Assembly (NCBI GenBank): GCA_030614005.1
Contig: JAUWKS010000005.1
Coordinates: 41,964 to 105,963, forward strand
Origin: Candidatus Heimdallarchaeota archaeon
GTDB lineage: Archaea; Asgardarchaeota; Heimdallarchaeia; JABLTI01
DNA: 64,000 nt
Direction: 5' to 3'
Below are positions 9,315 through 19,104 of this stretch, piece after piece (positions within the stretch are counted from its first letter, which is position 1; each line of letters begins with the position of its first letter). The translations under genes were made by a program, and so were the position numbers. The notes beneath the pieces were generated by a model that worked only from the letters and a program-made list of their open reading frames with translations, made no database searches and had not been told where the DNA came from.

Positions 9315-10292
9315 TTAGATTACTGATTCAATAAATCGTTGAATTACTTTCATTACCTCTTGCTTCTCTGGTCCATAAAGAATAGTGTGGTGACTATCTG
9401 GAGCGAAAAAATCTTCTTTGATTTTGCTGTTCACTTGGCTGCGAATTTTTTCAGCATTATATAATGGAACACGCTTATCCTTACCCGCAGTAATTGTTAA
9501 TATCGGTGCAGTCACCTTATGGATTTCATCTCGAGCGATTTCCATAAGTTCAAGAAGATTATCAACTGCTTTTAGAGAAGAAACGCGATAATTGAGCATT
9601 TTATGTTTATCCATCAAAGCAACTTCCTCTTTTCTTCGGGGGAAATATTTCAATAAATCAGCAATTAAGAATAGATAATCTTGCATAAAATATTCAACTT
9701 TTACGGGAGCACACATTGTAACGATAGCATCAACATGTTCGTTTGCAGCCAAAAGAAGCGATAAAGTTGCTCCCATAGAATGTCCTACAAGAATAATTTT
9801 TGAACAAACCCGTTTCAGAAGATCATGTCCCTCTTTGAATGACTTGTACCAATCTATCATATCTGTTTGTGCGAGGTCTCCTGGACTCGTTCCATGACCT
9901 GCTAATAGTACCGCAAAAGTTGTGTAACCATCTTTTTCATTTAAAATCTGAGCTAATTCCATCATTTCTTGTGCAGTTGAACTAAAACCATGAGTAAGTA
10001 AAACGCCTACTTCATTTCCTTGATTAAAAAATGGTCCAGCATTGTCACGTACACTTCGTTCAATTTTGCTTGGAGCAAGATTATCAATTAAAGCAAATAT
10101 TGATTGCATAGATGTTGATGATGAAAAAGAGGAACTAGCATCTTTTTTTATGAAATTGAGAGTAAATGAATTAAGCCAAGAAAACATTTCTTTATATGGA
10201 GAGAGTACTTGCGAGGCTATTTCTCGATAAGAGATGTTTTTTTTCTTTTCTTTAGTTCCATTAGTTTTCTCTAAAGACTGCTTTGAACTCAT
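9315..10292 (-). CDS. Alpha/beta hydrolase (carboxylesterase / monoacylglycerol-lipase-like) with an ~90-aa N-terminal extension
   Basis: VLLTHGFSST ... ILVGHSMGATLSL (GxSxG nucleophile elbow); later His/Asp candidates. Confidence 0.7.
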   Translation of the reverse strand: MSSKQSLEKTNGTKEKKKNISYREIASQVLSPYKEMFSWLNSFTLNFIKKDASSSFSSSTSMQSIFALIDNLAPSKIERSVRDNAGPFFNQGNEVGVLLTHGFSSTAQEMMELAQILNEKDGYTTFAVLLAGHGTSPGDLAQTDMIDWYKSFKEGHDLLKRVCSKIILVGHSMGATLSLLLAANEHVDAIVTMCAPVKVEYFMQDYLFLIADLLKYFPRRKEEVALMDKHKMLNYRVSSLKAVDNLLELMEIARDEIHKVTAPILTITAGKDKRVPLYNAEKIRSQVNSKIKEDFFAPDSHHTILYGPEKQEVMKVIQRFIESVI

Positions 10293-10335
10293 TTAATTAA
10301 CACCTACTAAAAATATTTCAATTTTCATGATTCAA

Positions 10336-10884
10336 TTACTCTTCCATTTCATGCTGTTTCATTTCTTCTACAGCTTTTCTGAATTTATCAATTGGTTTAT
10401 CCTTTTTACGACCAAATTTAGTAACAATGGGTATTAACACACCAAATGTGAGTAAAGCTGCAATGGGAATCGTTGCCCAATCTAATTTTAATAATCCATC
10501 ATTTGGTGGAAAAACTAAATCAAGTGCTAATAAAAGACCACTAGCTCCTACCATTAATATTGGTCCAACAATCCAAGCAATTTCTGGTCGTTTGAAGATA
10601 ATGAAGCTAACAACATATGCAAAAATTAATCCACCCATTGGCCACCAAGCCCAATCAATTTGTAAAATGGCAGTATTTGGCAAAGTTACAATGTCAATTA
10701 CCAGTAAGAAAATGCAAATTAAACTAATATTTAGTGGTGTTACCCACCATTTAAAAGTCGGAATTCTATCCCAAAACGTTCTTTTGGTTGAAAAATCTTG
10801 AATTACTTTTTCTTTGCTTTGAAGAGTATTCTTCTCCTTATTGGGATCTGTTGTATTCTTATTGTTCACTGTTGTCATTTCCAT
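10336..10884 (-). CDS. Membrane protein with an internal duplication (two TM hairpins), function unknown
   Basis: Repeated LQIDWAWWP... / LKLDWATIP... segments, each followed by hydrophobic helices. Confidence 0.45.
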   Translation of the reverse strand: MEMTTVNNKNTTDPNKEKNTLQSKEKVIQDFSTKRTFWDRIPTFKWWVTPLNISLICIFLLVIDIVTLPNTAILQIDWAWWPMGGLIFAYVVSFIIFKRPEIAWIVGPILMVGASGLLLALDLVFPPNDGLLKLDWATIPIAALLTFGVLIPIVTKFGRKKDKPIDKFRKAVEEMKQHEMEE

Positions 10885-10987
10885 CTAAAGAAAAGTTCAC
10901 CACTAGCTATTTATTTGTTTAGAAATAATGGATTAACCAATTGCTTGTAGACATAAAAATAATATTGAGCATCAGCAAATATAGCAA

Positions 10988-11368
10988 TTAAAATTCTATG
11001 ATATAACGGCTAAATTTTAAAAACCATCCTTCGTCATTCAGGAGCTCTGAATGAAGACCTTCACTCAAAGTAACAATATTAGTTCCATCAACAGAGACTT
11101 CTATATCCTTTGTTGTCTCATAATTCTCTTCCAAGGCAAATAGAAAATCATGAATGGCAGTATCAATTCCTGCAACAAAGCTCTTGCGGATTGTTTCTCT
11201 TTGTTCTGAAGAGAATTCTTTCAAATCTTTCTGTATTTTCTGTAACGCTGAAGGTTTCCAGTATCCGATTAATAGTTTGTCGAAGAAATCAATTGCACTA
11301 TCTCTCAAATTGCTAACTAGAAATTCACCAAATTTATCTAATAGGAGATCAGAACTCATTGTACTCAT
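10988..11368 (-). CDS. Hypothetical cytoplasmic protein
   Basis: 126-aa ORF with coding-like composition; no recognisable motif. Confidence 0.35.
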   Translation of the reverse strand: MSTMSSDLLLDKFGEFLVSNLRDSAIDFFDKLLIGYWKPSALQKIQKDLKEFSSEQRETIRKSFVAGIDTAIHDFLFALEENYETTKDIEVSVDGTNIVTLSEGLHSELLNDEGWFLKFSRYIIEF

Positions 11369-11525
11369 TTTGAAGTAAATAATAGCTTGTTTTAAATTCT
11401 TATTATCATTAAAATAATACTCACATACTCTTAAGAGTAGAGTGATTAGTAGTTCTCCGTATTACATCATTGAACTTTAAATGAACTTTTTCTTCTTTTT
11501 TGACATTTGTTGAGTCAATTGGTTT

Positions 11526-12059
11526 TTATTCTTCAACAGAGAGTGCTAATCCATCTTTGTTTATTTTTCCATCTTTAAGATCAATAACTCGTGTTCCATC
11601 TCTAACTAAATTAATATCATGAGTTGTAATTAATAGAGTAACTTTGAGTTGTCTATGTAATTCGTAAAGTTGATCCATGACATTATCTGCAAGTTCAGAA
11701 TCCATATTTGCGGTAGGTTCGTCTAAAATTAGTATCCTTGGCGAACCAAATAGAGCAATAGCGAGAGAAGCTCTTTGCAATTCTCCGCCTGAGATTTCCA
11801 ATGGGAATGAATCTTTTCTGTGATTAATTTGGTACAGCTCAAATATACTGCTAATCTTAGTTTCGGGTAAGTCGTTTACTAGAACTGTTTTTCCAGCTAA
11901 AATATCCTTAACAAATAAGTTCTCTTGCAAAGTCATAAACGGATGAAGGTCACCTTGCTAAAATACAATGCCAATATTATTTCGTCTGAATTTTGCTCTA
12001 GCAGTATCATTGAGAGTATGAAGAGGTTGGTTGAGAATAAGAGGACCAGAATTATCATT
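11526..12059 (-). pseudogene. ABC transporter ATP-binding protein remnant: N-terminus including Walker A is deleted, and an in-frame amber (TAG, 11958..11960) replaces the conserved Q-loop glutamine
   Basis: Downstream ORF has the ABC signature LSGGELQRASLAIAL, Walker B ILILDEPT and H-loop TTHD. The same frame upstream reads ...SGPLILNQPLHTLNDTARAKFRRNNIGIVF*QGDLHPFMTLQENL, i.e. the Q-loop consensus IGxVFQ...P.lTv.EN with TAG exactly at the Q codon. Further upstream there is only an AT-rich non-coding sequence with a TAA stop where Walker A should be. Confidence 0.7.
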
Positions 12060-12214
12060 TTAGATAACAAATACTTTCTTTCTTTCCTGTTAGTCTGTGC
12101 TTTATTTCCTTTCTAAATTTTATTTATATTGGTATAAACATACAATTTGATTGCTAAATTTAACTTATTGAATTCTAAATTGTAAGAAACAATTAATTTA
12201 GGAAAAAAACGTAA

Positions 12215-12259
12215 TAAACTTGAAATAAAATAAAAAAATAGAAGGGAAAAAATCCTTCT
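12215..12259 (-). terminator. Hairpin (AGAAGG-N8-CCTTCT, 12240..12259) followed on the minus strand by an oligo-T tract; putative terminator of the C11 peptidase gene
   Basis: Inverted repeat 14 nt downstream of the stop at 12273; minus-strand T-rich run ATTTTTTTATTTTATTT. Confidence 0.4.
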
Positions 12260-12272
12260 AAGCAATTTTTGA

Positions 12273-14378
12273 TTATCTATTTTTTTTGCGAAGTACGTAA
12301 GCACCAACTGCAATTAAACCAAATGTACTAACAATAATAGTAAATCCATTGAATAAGCCAGATGGTTCAGAACTACTAGAACCAACTTCATCAGAAGTCA
12401 AAGTGAATGTAAAGGAACCTTGCCCTTCGTAAGAAAAGATACAAATAATATAGGTTACTGATTCTGTAATAGTTAGAGATAGTGAATCTGTATCACCTAC
12501 TCCTTCTGAAGAATCAATGATAACAAATGTTTCAGTTGTTACAAACAAGTCAAAATCAACAACAGCGCTGTTATAGGTTAGTTCTAAATAATAATCACCA
12601 GGTGTATCGAAAGTAAATTGGTAATAATGATTGTATGTTTGCTGGAAATGATCATTGTCAACACCTTCATGGGATCCACTACTGTCTGTAACACTATTTC
12701 CAAGAACCAATGTTTGAGGAGTGACTTCTTCTATTCTTAAATCGTAAGTGGATGAAGAGTAACCGTATATATTGATAACATATGTTCCAGGTTGGAAGGC
12801 TAACTGAATTGCTTCAGTGTTGCTATCTCCTGGGTTGTATAGTATGCTATAACCCATTAAAGTTAGATCAAATCCTCCATAGAGATAGAGGTCTGCATCT
12901 CCACCAGACACCAAAGCGGTTATTTCGTAGATTCCGTAATCTGGGATGTAAAATTGATAGTAGTGATCTTCATCTTCACTTATTGATACGGTTCCAGTAG
13001 AAACACCAATATCAATTTCGTCAAAGTCTAATTTTTGAGCACCAAAACCCGCTGTGTAGAAATCGTCTAAAAATTCGTCCCAGAGAGTGTCAGTTTGCCA
13101 ATCTAGAAAAGCATAACTATCTGTGACATCGAGGTAATCTTGAATATATGGAACATAAGTGGGTGTATCTACTGGCATAAAGATTGTTATTCCATTTGCA
13201 TTGGATGAATAACAACTGTGCTGATAGTTGTCAACTATAAGATCTGCGAGAGCACTTTGAAGATTTGTCGCGCTAGTAGATAAAAGAGTATAAGATGACA
13301 TCATAGTTGAATTAGCTTGAATATTTTCTACGAAATGAACTAAATCAACAATAAAGTAATCATAAAAGAATTGAGTGTCTAAGAAAGCATCATTTATTCC
13401 TCCTCCGTTACCATCAGCAACAACTATAGATAGATTGCCGGCAAAATAATTTAATTCTTGGGCTACAACATCCATTACACTTAGATTAATGGTTGAAAGT
13501 GTCGTATAATCAACAGATGGGTTGTAATAGCTTTCATACGCATCTACTATAACTGTTGATAAAGTAGCTGCATCCATAGTGGCCGTATCATTCAACGAAG
13601 AAATTACTGGTGCATAATCAAAACCAGCAAATGGTATAGATTCTTCAGAAGCAATAAAGTAATCCGCTTGATCTTTAAATTCGTAAGCAACTTCGATCAT
13701 ATTCATATAACAAGCATCATGTGAAATGATAGCAAAGGTTTCACTGTGAGTATCAATATTTTCTTGAATAGCTACTTGCATTTCTTCCATAGTTAGCTTA
13801 TCAGCTGAAGCACTGTCATCCCAACAAATGCCATCTATACCTCCTCCGTGATCCCAGATGTTTAACCAGTACTGATTAGCATCGTAATTTGTGAAACAAA
13901 AATCGATAAAATACTCTAGAATGTCTCCATTAGCCATATTTAGCTCTCCCTCATCACTAAGTAAGGTGGAAGCTATTGTTGTGGTGTCATCTGAAACAAT
14001 TTCGTAAATTCGCGCGCCTGTCCAGTCACCATTTGAGGTATCATACCCCACAGCTCTGTCGATTAAAACAATAACCTTAATGTCAGTGTTTGAACCAAGT
14101 CCTGATTCCAATTCATTAAAGTCCTCAATTGCTACTTCTTCAAGATCATTATCTCCATCTAAGTAAACCATAACAACCCATTCATAATCATAAGCTTTTA
14201 TTGTTACATTTAGTTGTGTTGGTAAACTCTCTTGTGAAACGATTTGATCATTTTGTGTTTGTCCTTGAGTTTGTAAAATAGTTGTTGAACTAAATAACAT
14301 AATTAGAACAAATGGTAGAAGAAGCAAAGCATTAACACTTCGAATCTTTTTTGCAATTTTATTAAATGAATTTAGCAA
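12273..14378 (-). CDS. Secreted clostripain-family (C11) cysteine peptidase with a C-terminal pre-peptidase (PPC)-like beta domain and a PGF-CTERM-like membrane anchor
   Basis: Signal peptide; MVYLDGDNDLE motif; catalytic His/Cys context WDHGGGIDG ... ISHDACYM (the C11 His-Cys dyad arrangement); PPC-like YYQFYIPDYGIYEITALVSGGDADLYLY. C-terminal Ser-rich linker plus LFNGFTIIVSTFGLIAVGAYVLRKKNR (TM plus basic tail). Confidence 0.75.
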   Translation of the reverse strand: MLNSFNKIAKKIRSVNALLLLPFVLIMLFSSTTILQTQGQTQNDQIVSQESLPTQLNVTIKAYDYEWVVMVYLDGDNDLEEVAIEDFNELESGLGSNTDIKVIVLIDRAVGYDTSNGDWTGARIYEIVSDDTTTIASTLLSDEGELNMANGDILEYFIDFCFTNYDANQYWLNIWDHGGGIDGICWDDSASADKLTMEEMQVAIQENIDTHSETFAIISHDACYMNMIEVAYEFKDQADYFIASEESIPFAGFDYAPVISSLNDTATMDAATLSTVIVDAYESYYNPSVDYTTLSTINLSVMDVVAQELNYFAGNLSIVVADGNGGGINDAFLDTQFFYDYFIVDLVHFVENIQANSTMMSSYTLLSTSATNLQSALADLIVDNYQHSCYSSNANGITIFMPVDTPTYVPYIQDYLDVTDSYAFLDWQTDTLWDEFLDDFYTAGFGAQKLDFDEIDIGVSTGTVSISEDEDHYYQFYIPDYGIYEITALVSGGDADLYLYGGFDLTLMGYSILYNPGDSNTEAIQLAFQPGTYVINIYGYSSSTYDLRIEEVTPQTLVLGNSVTDSSGSHEGVDNDHFQQTYNHYYQFTFDTPGDYYLELTYNSAVVDFDLFVTTETFVIIDSSEGVGDTDSLSLTITESVTYIICIFSYEGQGSFTFTLTSDEVGSSSSEPSGLFNGFTIIVSTFGLIAVGAYVLRKKNR

Positions 14379-14506
14379 ATTAAAAACTCCTAAATAACTA
14401 TTTTAAATCTAAAAGTAAACTAGAAACCGTCTCTAATAAACCTATACTTGTAAGCATTGCGTTTTAATCATATAAATTTATGAATAAAATTATGGAATTC
14501 TGTTTA

Positions 14507-14575
14507 TTTTTAGGAAGAGTAAAAAGAAAAAATAGAATCATTGTTGTAGATGGATATTGAACCCCTCTACAACAA
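14507..14575 (-). terminator. Strong hairpin (10-bp perfect stem TTGTTGTAGA / TCTACAACAA, 15-nt loop) followed on the minus strand by TATTTTTTCTTTTT; terminator of the 14640..14924 gene
   Basis: Perfect inverted repeat at 14541..14550 / 14566..14575. The oligo-T run lies immediately 3' on the minus strand, ~65 nt downstream of the stop. Confidence 0.5.
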
Positions 14576-14639
14576 AATACGAGGTTCAGTTTGTAATTTA
14601 GACATTTCTGCTTGATATTGTTTTATAAAAACCCCATAC

Positions 14640-14924
14640 TTAACAGATAAATTCAAAATTTACAGTTGGAATTGAGTCTGGAGTTACTCCAGGTGGTGGG
14701 GTTGGATCATCAGCTGGAGGATCATCAATTGGTGGATCAGCGTTTGGTTCCACTGGATCGTCAGGTGGTGGATAGTCACCAGGTCCCATGCCATTGCCAG
14801 GATCATTCGGATCATCGTCATACGGTAAATGACAACTTACTTGAGATAATAATTGACTACCTGTGATAGCAATAAAACCAACTATTAAGAATAGACTTAA
14901 TGTTATTTTTGTTTTGTTTCTCAT
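14640..14924 (-). CDS. Small secreted Pro/Asp-rich protein
   Basis: N-terminal signal/TM (ITLSLFLIVGFIAITG) followed by the low-complexity DDDPNDPGNGMGPGDYPPPDDPVEPNADPPIDDPPADDPTPPPG. Confidence 0.45.
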   Translation of the reverse strand: MRNKTKITLSLFLIVGFIAITGSQLLSQVSCHLPYDDDPNDPGNGMGPGDYPPPDDPVEPNADPPIDDPPADDPTPPPGVTPDSIPTVNFEFIC

Positions 14925-15085
14925 GTTTTTTATACACCCTTCATATTTTTTTATAAATTTTCATCTCTACGTAACTTTAATATAGTAAAGTTCTAATATT
15001 TGAGACAAATAATATTTATATTGATTATATCATAATTCTGATATAAAAGTTATTCCATTTGACTTAATCTCGAGGGTCTAACATA

Positions 15086-16534
15086 GTGAGCGCAGGAAGT
15101 AAAAAAGCAATTAAGATAGATCACCTTATGCTAAAAGCTCCTGAGAGGTATCAAGACAAAGATTACACAAAAATCACTTTAAAACAATTTGAGAGTTTAA
15201 TTCCTGAAGAGGTACCGAGTTTAATAAAAGAAGATATTGTATCTTATTTTAACTATCTAAGAGACAATAGAAGCAAGAAAAGTTTGAAGCAATGGGAAAC
15301 AGTTTCGAGTTGTAAGGATTCAGCGAATAGTTACAAAGTAGAGAACTATCGACCTATTTTTTCTTTTCTATATTATGATCGAATCACAGAAGGACTTTTC
15401 TTACCTTTGCTATTGAATAAAATAGATATTACTGCTGGAAGTCATTCCGAAGAAATATCTATTGATGTATTTAATCAACTCTGTCGATTAACCATTGTTG
15501 GGTTTAAACCGAAAATTGATGCTATCGATTTGAAAATATTGCAAGCTCTTTCAAAAGACCCATCTATGGTCACTCAAACTTTGACTGATAAAATAGGTCA
15601 TTCATATGCTGCTGTTTATCATCATTTACAAAGATTGAAAGGTAAAATGGGTTTAAGAATAACTACTCGAGTTAATTGGGCAAAATTAGGTGTTCAAAGG
15701 GTATTTCTTATTTCAGATGAAGAAAAGAATTTCGAGATCTTTAGGGATTATAAACCATTCTTAGATGGTCAATCATCATTTCTTTGGGGAGGAACATTTT
15801 ATTTACAATATTATCTTTTACGAAGTGAAATAAGAGAAAAATTCATACAAAAATATCAAGATTTGGCAGAAAACCAAAAACAATCAATGAAGCTATATGA
15901 GCTTTCTGCTGCACCAATTTCTGGTATTAGTTTTGATTTGTACAAACTAGACGAACAAAAGTGGGACTTTGATTTCGCATCAACTTTTTTGAAACCAAAA
16001 ACAATCACTAAAGCAGTTAAACGTGAATTTTTCTTAGATCTATTCCCTCCAGAAACTGTTTATGAGTTGAATGAATTAGAACAAAAAATAATAAATGAAC
16101 TAGTAGTTAGCTATGCACTTGCTCAAAAAGAAATTGCTAGTTCCTTGGGGATTCATCCACCAAATTTATCCATAATCAAAAACAAATTACAGAAAGATGA
16201 AATAATTAAACCACAACTAATGGTTACAACATTTTTACCTCTCTATTGTATTTTATGGTGTAGCTCTCAAGAGCAAGAAATTATTGATACACTTGTTGCA
16301 TTAATGGAAAAAATCCCCTATTCAAATATCTCTCCAGTCTATTCTTTTGAAGAAACGAAAACAAAACAATTAATTTGCTATCTACTTATGGATGATGTTC
16401 TATACTATAGCTTAGTAACTTTCTTGATGAATTTAGTGAAAGAAAATCGATTAATTGATTTTCGTTTGGGTCTAATTACTGATCGCTATTTTAGTATAGC
16501 GAGGATCATTGATATTTTAAATAAAGAAATTTAG
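15086..16534 (+). CDS. Transcription-regulator-like protein with two Lrp/AsnC-type winged-helix HTH modules (GTG start called; the true start may be the ATG at ~15128)
   Basis: IDAIDLKILQALSKDPSMVTQTLTDKIGHSYAAVYHHLQRLKGKMG (HTH_AsnC-like) and a second LNELEQKIINELVVSYALAQKEIASSLGIHPPNLSIIKNKLQKDEII. Same architecture as 38638..39732. Confidence 0.5.
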   Translation: MSAGSKKAIKIDHLMLKAPERYQDKDYTKITLKQFESLIPEEVPSLIKEDIVSYFNYLRDNRSKKSLKQWETVSSCKDSANSYKVENYRPIFSFLYYDRITEGLFLPLLLNKIDITAGSHSEEISIDVFNQLCRLTIVGFKPKIDAIDLKILQALSKDPSMVTQTLTDKIGHSYAAVYHHLQRLKGKMGLRITTRVNWAKLGVQRVFLISDEEKNFEIFRDYKPFLDGQSSFLWGGTFYLQYYLLRSEIREKFIQKYQDLAENQKQSMKLYELSAAPISGISFDLYKLDEQKWDFDFASTFLKPKTITKAVKREFFLDLFPPETVYELNELEQKIINELVVSYALAQKEIASSLGIHPPNLSIIKNKLQKDEIIKPQLMVTTFLPLYCILWCSSQEQEIIDTLVALMEKIPYSNISPVYSFEETKTKQLICYLLMDDVLYYSLVTFLMNLVKENRLIDFRLGLITDRYFSIARIIDILNKEI

Positions 16535-16582
16535 AGGATTCATTTCTACACAATAATTAAGAATTGAAACAAGATTCTGTTT

Positions 16583-17422
16583 TTAACTCATTGAATCAAA
16601 TTCATCAATATTTAATGTTTCAAGCATTGTATTTAGTTTTGCTAACTGATTTACTGCATCATTGTAGTTATTCATGCTATATTGAAGTTGAATGGTACCA
16701 GTTCTCATTTGATCAATAACTTCTCTTAAACCAAAATTAACTTTCATTTGCAAATCTCCAAACCTACAAGCAGCGCTATTTAGCTTGATAAAGCGATGTT
16801 GCATATTGATCATAAAAATCGTACTTAGCAAACCGCTTGTGTTTGTTGGAACAACACTCATCTTAGCGAGTTCTTGATACGTTTTTCCAGAAAGTACTCC
16901 GTAAACAAAATCGGGAATATACATTAGAACAAAATCAGTAGTTTCATTCGAATCAATATATTTGACAATTTCTTTTGCTCTCCTGATTGCTTTCTTGTTT
17001 AATCCATCGATTGCTAATTTGTCTAATTGAAGTCCTTCATTTTCTTCGAAACCATTTGGTAAGATAAATTTACTATCAATAGGAATAAACAGATCACTAT
17101 CAGGTAATCTAACTACAAAATCTATTCTCCCTGAAATATCAGGTGGCTGGTATTGAGTTTTCACCGTGTCATTTGGTAAATTGGAGAGCAATATTTCAAC
17201 AATATTTTCCCCGAAACCACCTTTTGCGGTAGGTTTCATTTTTAGCAAATCGAAGAATTTCTGCATCTCTCGCGTTGTTTTGTCTACAGCAAATTGCATT
17301 TGCTTTGTATATGCAGTTGCTTCTCCCTTTTTTTTACTTTGAATGAACATTTGATAAAAAATGCTCACTAATCCTAATACACAAGCTATAGAGATTAGTA
17401 CATACACCAATACTTCTGCCAA
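16583..17422 (-). CDS. rmuC: RmuC-family protein (short form; N-terminal TM, nuclease-like core)
   Basis: ISGRIDFVVRLPDSDLFIPIDSKF and DFVLMYIPDFVYGVL closely match the conserved RmuC core blocks (RPDFVVRLP..IDAK, DFVLLFVPSE). N-terminal TM helix. Confidence 0.6.
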   Translation of the reverse strand: MAEVLVYVLISIACVLGLVSIFYQMFIQSKKKGEATAYTKQMQFAVDKTTREMQKFFDLLKMKPTAKGGFGENIVEILLSNLPNDTVKTQYQPPDISGRIDFVVRLPDSDLFIPIDSKFILPNGFEENEGLQLDKLAIDGLNKKAIRRAKEIVKYIDSNETTDFVLMYIPDFVYGVLSGKTYQELAKMSVVPTNTSGLLSTIFMINMQHRFIKLNSAACRFGDLQMKVNFGLREVIDQMRTGTIQLQYSMNNYNDAVNQLAKLNTMLETLNIDEFDSMS

Positions 17423-17660
17423 TGATCCTTCACACCTAATAATAACTTTGAGAGCGGAAAATTTTTCCTCATTCCTTCTTTCTAATATATTACTTTGAAT
17501 TTTTCTATTTAAGGCAGCGTAATATAAACAAAATTATTGTTTTTGTCGTAAATTTAACCTCTACTCACAACGGTACTTTTTTCAAACGCTTTATATACTA
17601 TATCGAATAATCTAATCTCACGAATTCCATTTATAAAATTCGAAATGGATAGGGTGCTAA

Positions 17661-19016
17661 ATGAAATCGAAATTTCTTACCTTGATATTAGTGGTATGTA
17701 TTACCACACCAGGGTTCTTCGTTATAGCAACTGAAGTTAGTAGTATGCCAATTTTTGCAAATGCAACTGATTTCTTTGACATACAAGATGAACCATATTT
17801 AGTTTTGAGTGGAGACAGTCTCAGTACAGAAAAAAGTGTTTTACCTTCCGTCATTCCTTTTTGGCATGATTTGGTTGATAAAGAAAATGTACCTTTGACT
17901 GGTGAAGGTGTTTATGTAGCAGTATTGGATACTGGTCTTCTCCCAGATTGGGAATTCATCTTCTCTGAAGCAAATATAGCGAGTGAACTCGGAATGGGTT
18001 TCTCTCATGATATCTACTGGGATGATACAATTGAAGATATAGTAATAAGCGACGTTGTTTCTGATCGTGGATTTTTAACTGATTTAGCGAGTGGACATGG
18101 AACTCATGTCACAAGTACAATTGTTGGTTATAATTATGCAGATATGGTATGGATAGAAGGCATCGCTCCGGATGTGACTATCATCCCAATTCTAGTATTA
18201 GATGCTTGGATGGTTGACACTCCAGTTGGACCTGTTACTTTTAGTGGTGGGTCAAGTGCAATGATTGCTACTGGAATATACTATATTGCTGATTTAACAG
18301 AAAGTTTGGACGGACCAGTTATTATCAATATGAGTCTAGGTGGTTCCGGGGAAACTCCTGAAATCGAAGCAGCAGTAGATTATGCTATTAGTAAAGGTGT
18401 AATTATAGTCGCTTCCGCAGGTAATAACGGAGAAGCAGGGATGAGTTATCCCGGTGCTTATAATCAAGTAATCTCTGCAGCAGCGTGCGGTTGGACTGAT
18501 ATGCTTGCCCAAGGTTGGACTGCAGATGTCCCTGAAAAACTTAACACTAATGATAGTTTAGGAAATGACTATCAAGTATATCTAACAGGATTCAGTAGCA
18601 GACCAAATAGAACATTAGGGCAAAAATACCGTGATCTTGATGTAATGGCTCCTGGAGATTGGATCGTAGGTCCATATAAATTAAAATGGGCTCCAGTTGA
18701 ATATTGGGGTTATTATTATGTCTCTGGTACAAGTATGGCTGCTCCACATGTTTCAGCAATAGCTGCTTTGGTTTTAGAAATATTTCCAATGTTTGACCAA
18801 AGAGACATTGAATTTGTGCTAAAATTGGCTGCTAGTGGTGTTGGTCCAAATAAACGAAGAGGCTTCCCACGAATTGGTGAAGATGTTAAAGTTGCGTATT
18901 TTGGCAATCAATACTATACTGTTTCCTGGGGAAGACATGATTATGGTCGTGGATTCTTGCAAGCTGATACAGCAATATTAACTGCATTGCTTTATTACTT
19001 CATCTTTTATCGCTAG
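17661..19016 (+). CDS. Secreted subtilisin-like serine protease (S8) with N-terminal signal and propeptide
   Basis: Catalytic triad motifs VAVLDTGL (Asp), HGTHVTSTIVG (His), SGTSMAAPHVSAIAALV (Ser). Signal peptide MKSKFLTLILVVCITTPGFFVIA. SD GGGTG precedes the ATG. Confidence 0.85.
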   Translation: MKSKFLTLILVVCITTPGFFVIATEVSSMPIFANATDFFDIQDEPYLVLSGDSLSTEKSVLPSVIPFWHDLVDKENVPLTGEGVYVAVLDTGLLPDWEFIFSEANIASELGMGFSHDIYWDDTIEDIVISDVVSDRGFLTDLASGHGTHVTSTIVGYNYADMVWIEGIAPDVTIIPILVLDAWMVDTPVGPVTFSGGSSAMIATGIYYIADLTESLDGPVIINMSLGGSGETPEIEAAVDYAISKGVIIVASAGNNGEAGMSYPGAYNQVISAAACGWTDMLAQGWTADVPEKLNTNDSLGNDYQVYLTGFSSRPNRTLGQKYRDLDVMAPGDWIVGPYKLKWAPVEYWGYYYVSGTSMAAPHVSAIAALVLEIFPMFDQRDIEFVLKLAASGVGPNKRRGFPRIGEDVKVAYFGNQYYTVSWGRHDYGRGFLQADTAILTALLYYFIFYR

Positions 19017-19104
19017 GTCAAATACAGTTCAAAGCTTCATTGCTTGTAAAGAAAAAAACGAGTAATGAAGCGTGTCCTTTTTTTTCTAACCAGATTTCAG
19101 TAAA
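19017..19104. terminator. Bidirectional terminator region between convergent genes (T9 run on plus, T7 run on minus, weak hairpin)
   Basis: CCTTTTTTTTTCT at ~19075..19088 on plus, A7 (T7 on minus) at ~19055..19061. Genes converge here. Confidence 0.35.

Noticed and set aside
11958-11960. Possibility that TAG encodes Gln (stop-codon reassignment) because an amber sits exactly at the conserved Q-loop Gln of the ABC fragment
   Set aside because: TAG is used as a bona fide terminator for other well-supported genes in this window (e.g. 879..1868, 15086..16534). The ABC gene also lacks its entire Walker A region. Simple pseudogenisation explains both.
12113-12313. 66-aa minus-strand ORF overlapping the end of the C11 peptidase gene
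   Set aside because: Lies in the AT-rich terminator/hairpin region and has Lys/Leu/Phe-rich low-complexity composition. It is most likely non-coding.
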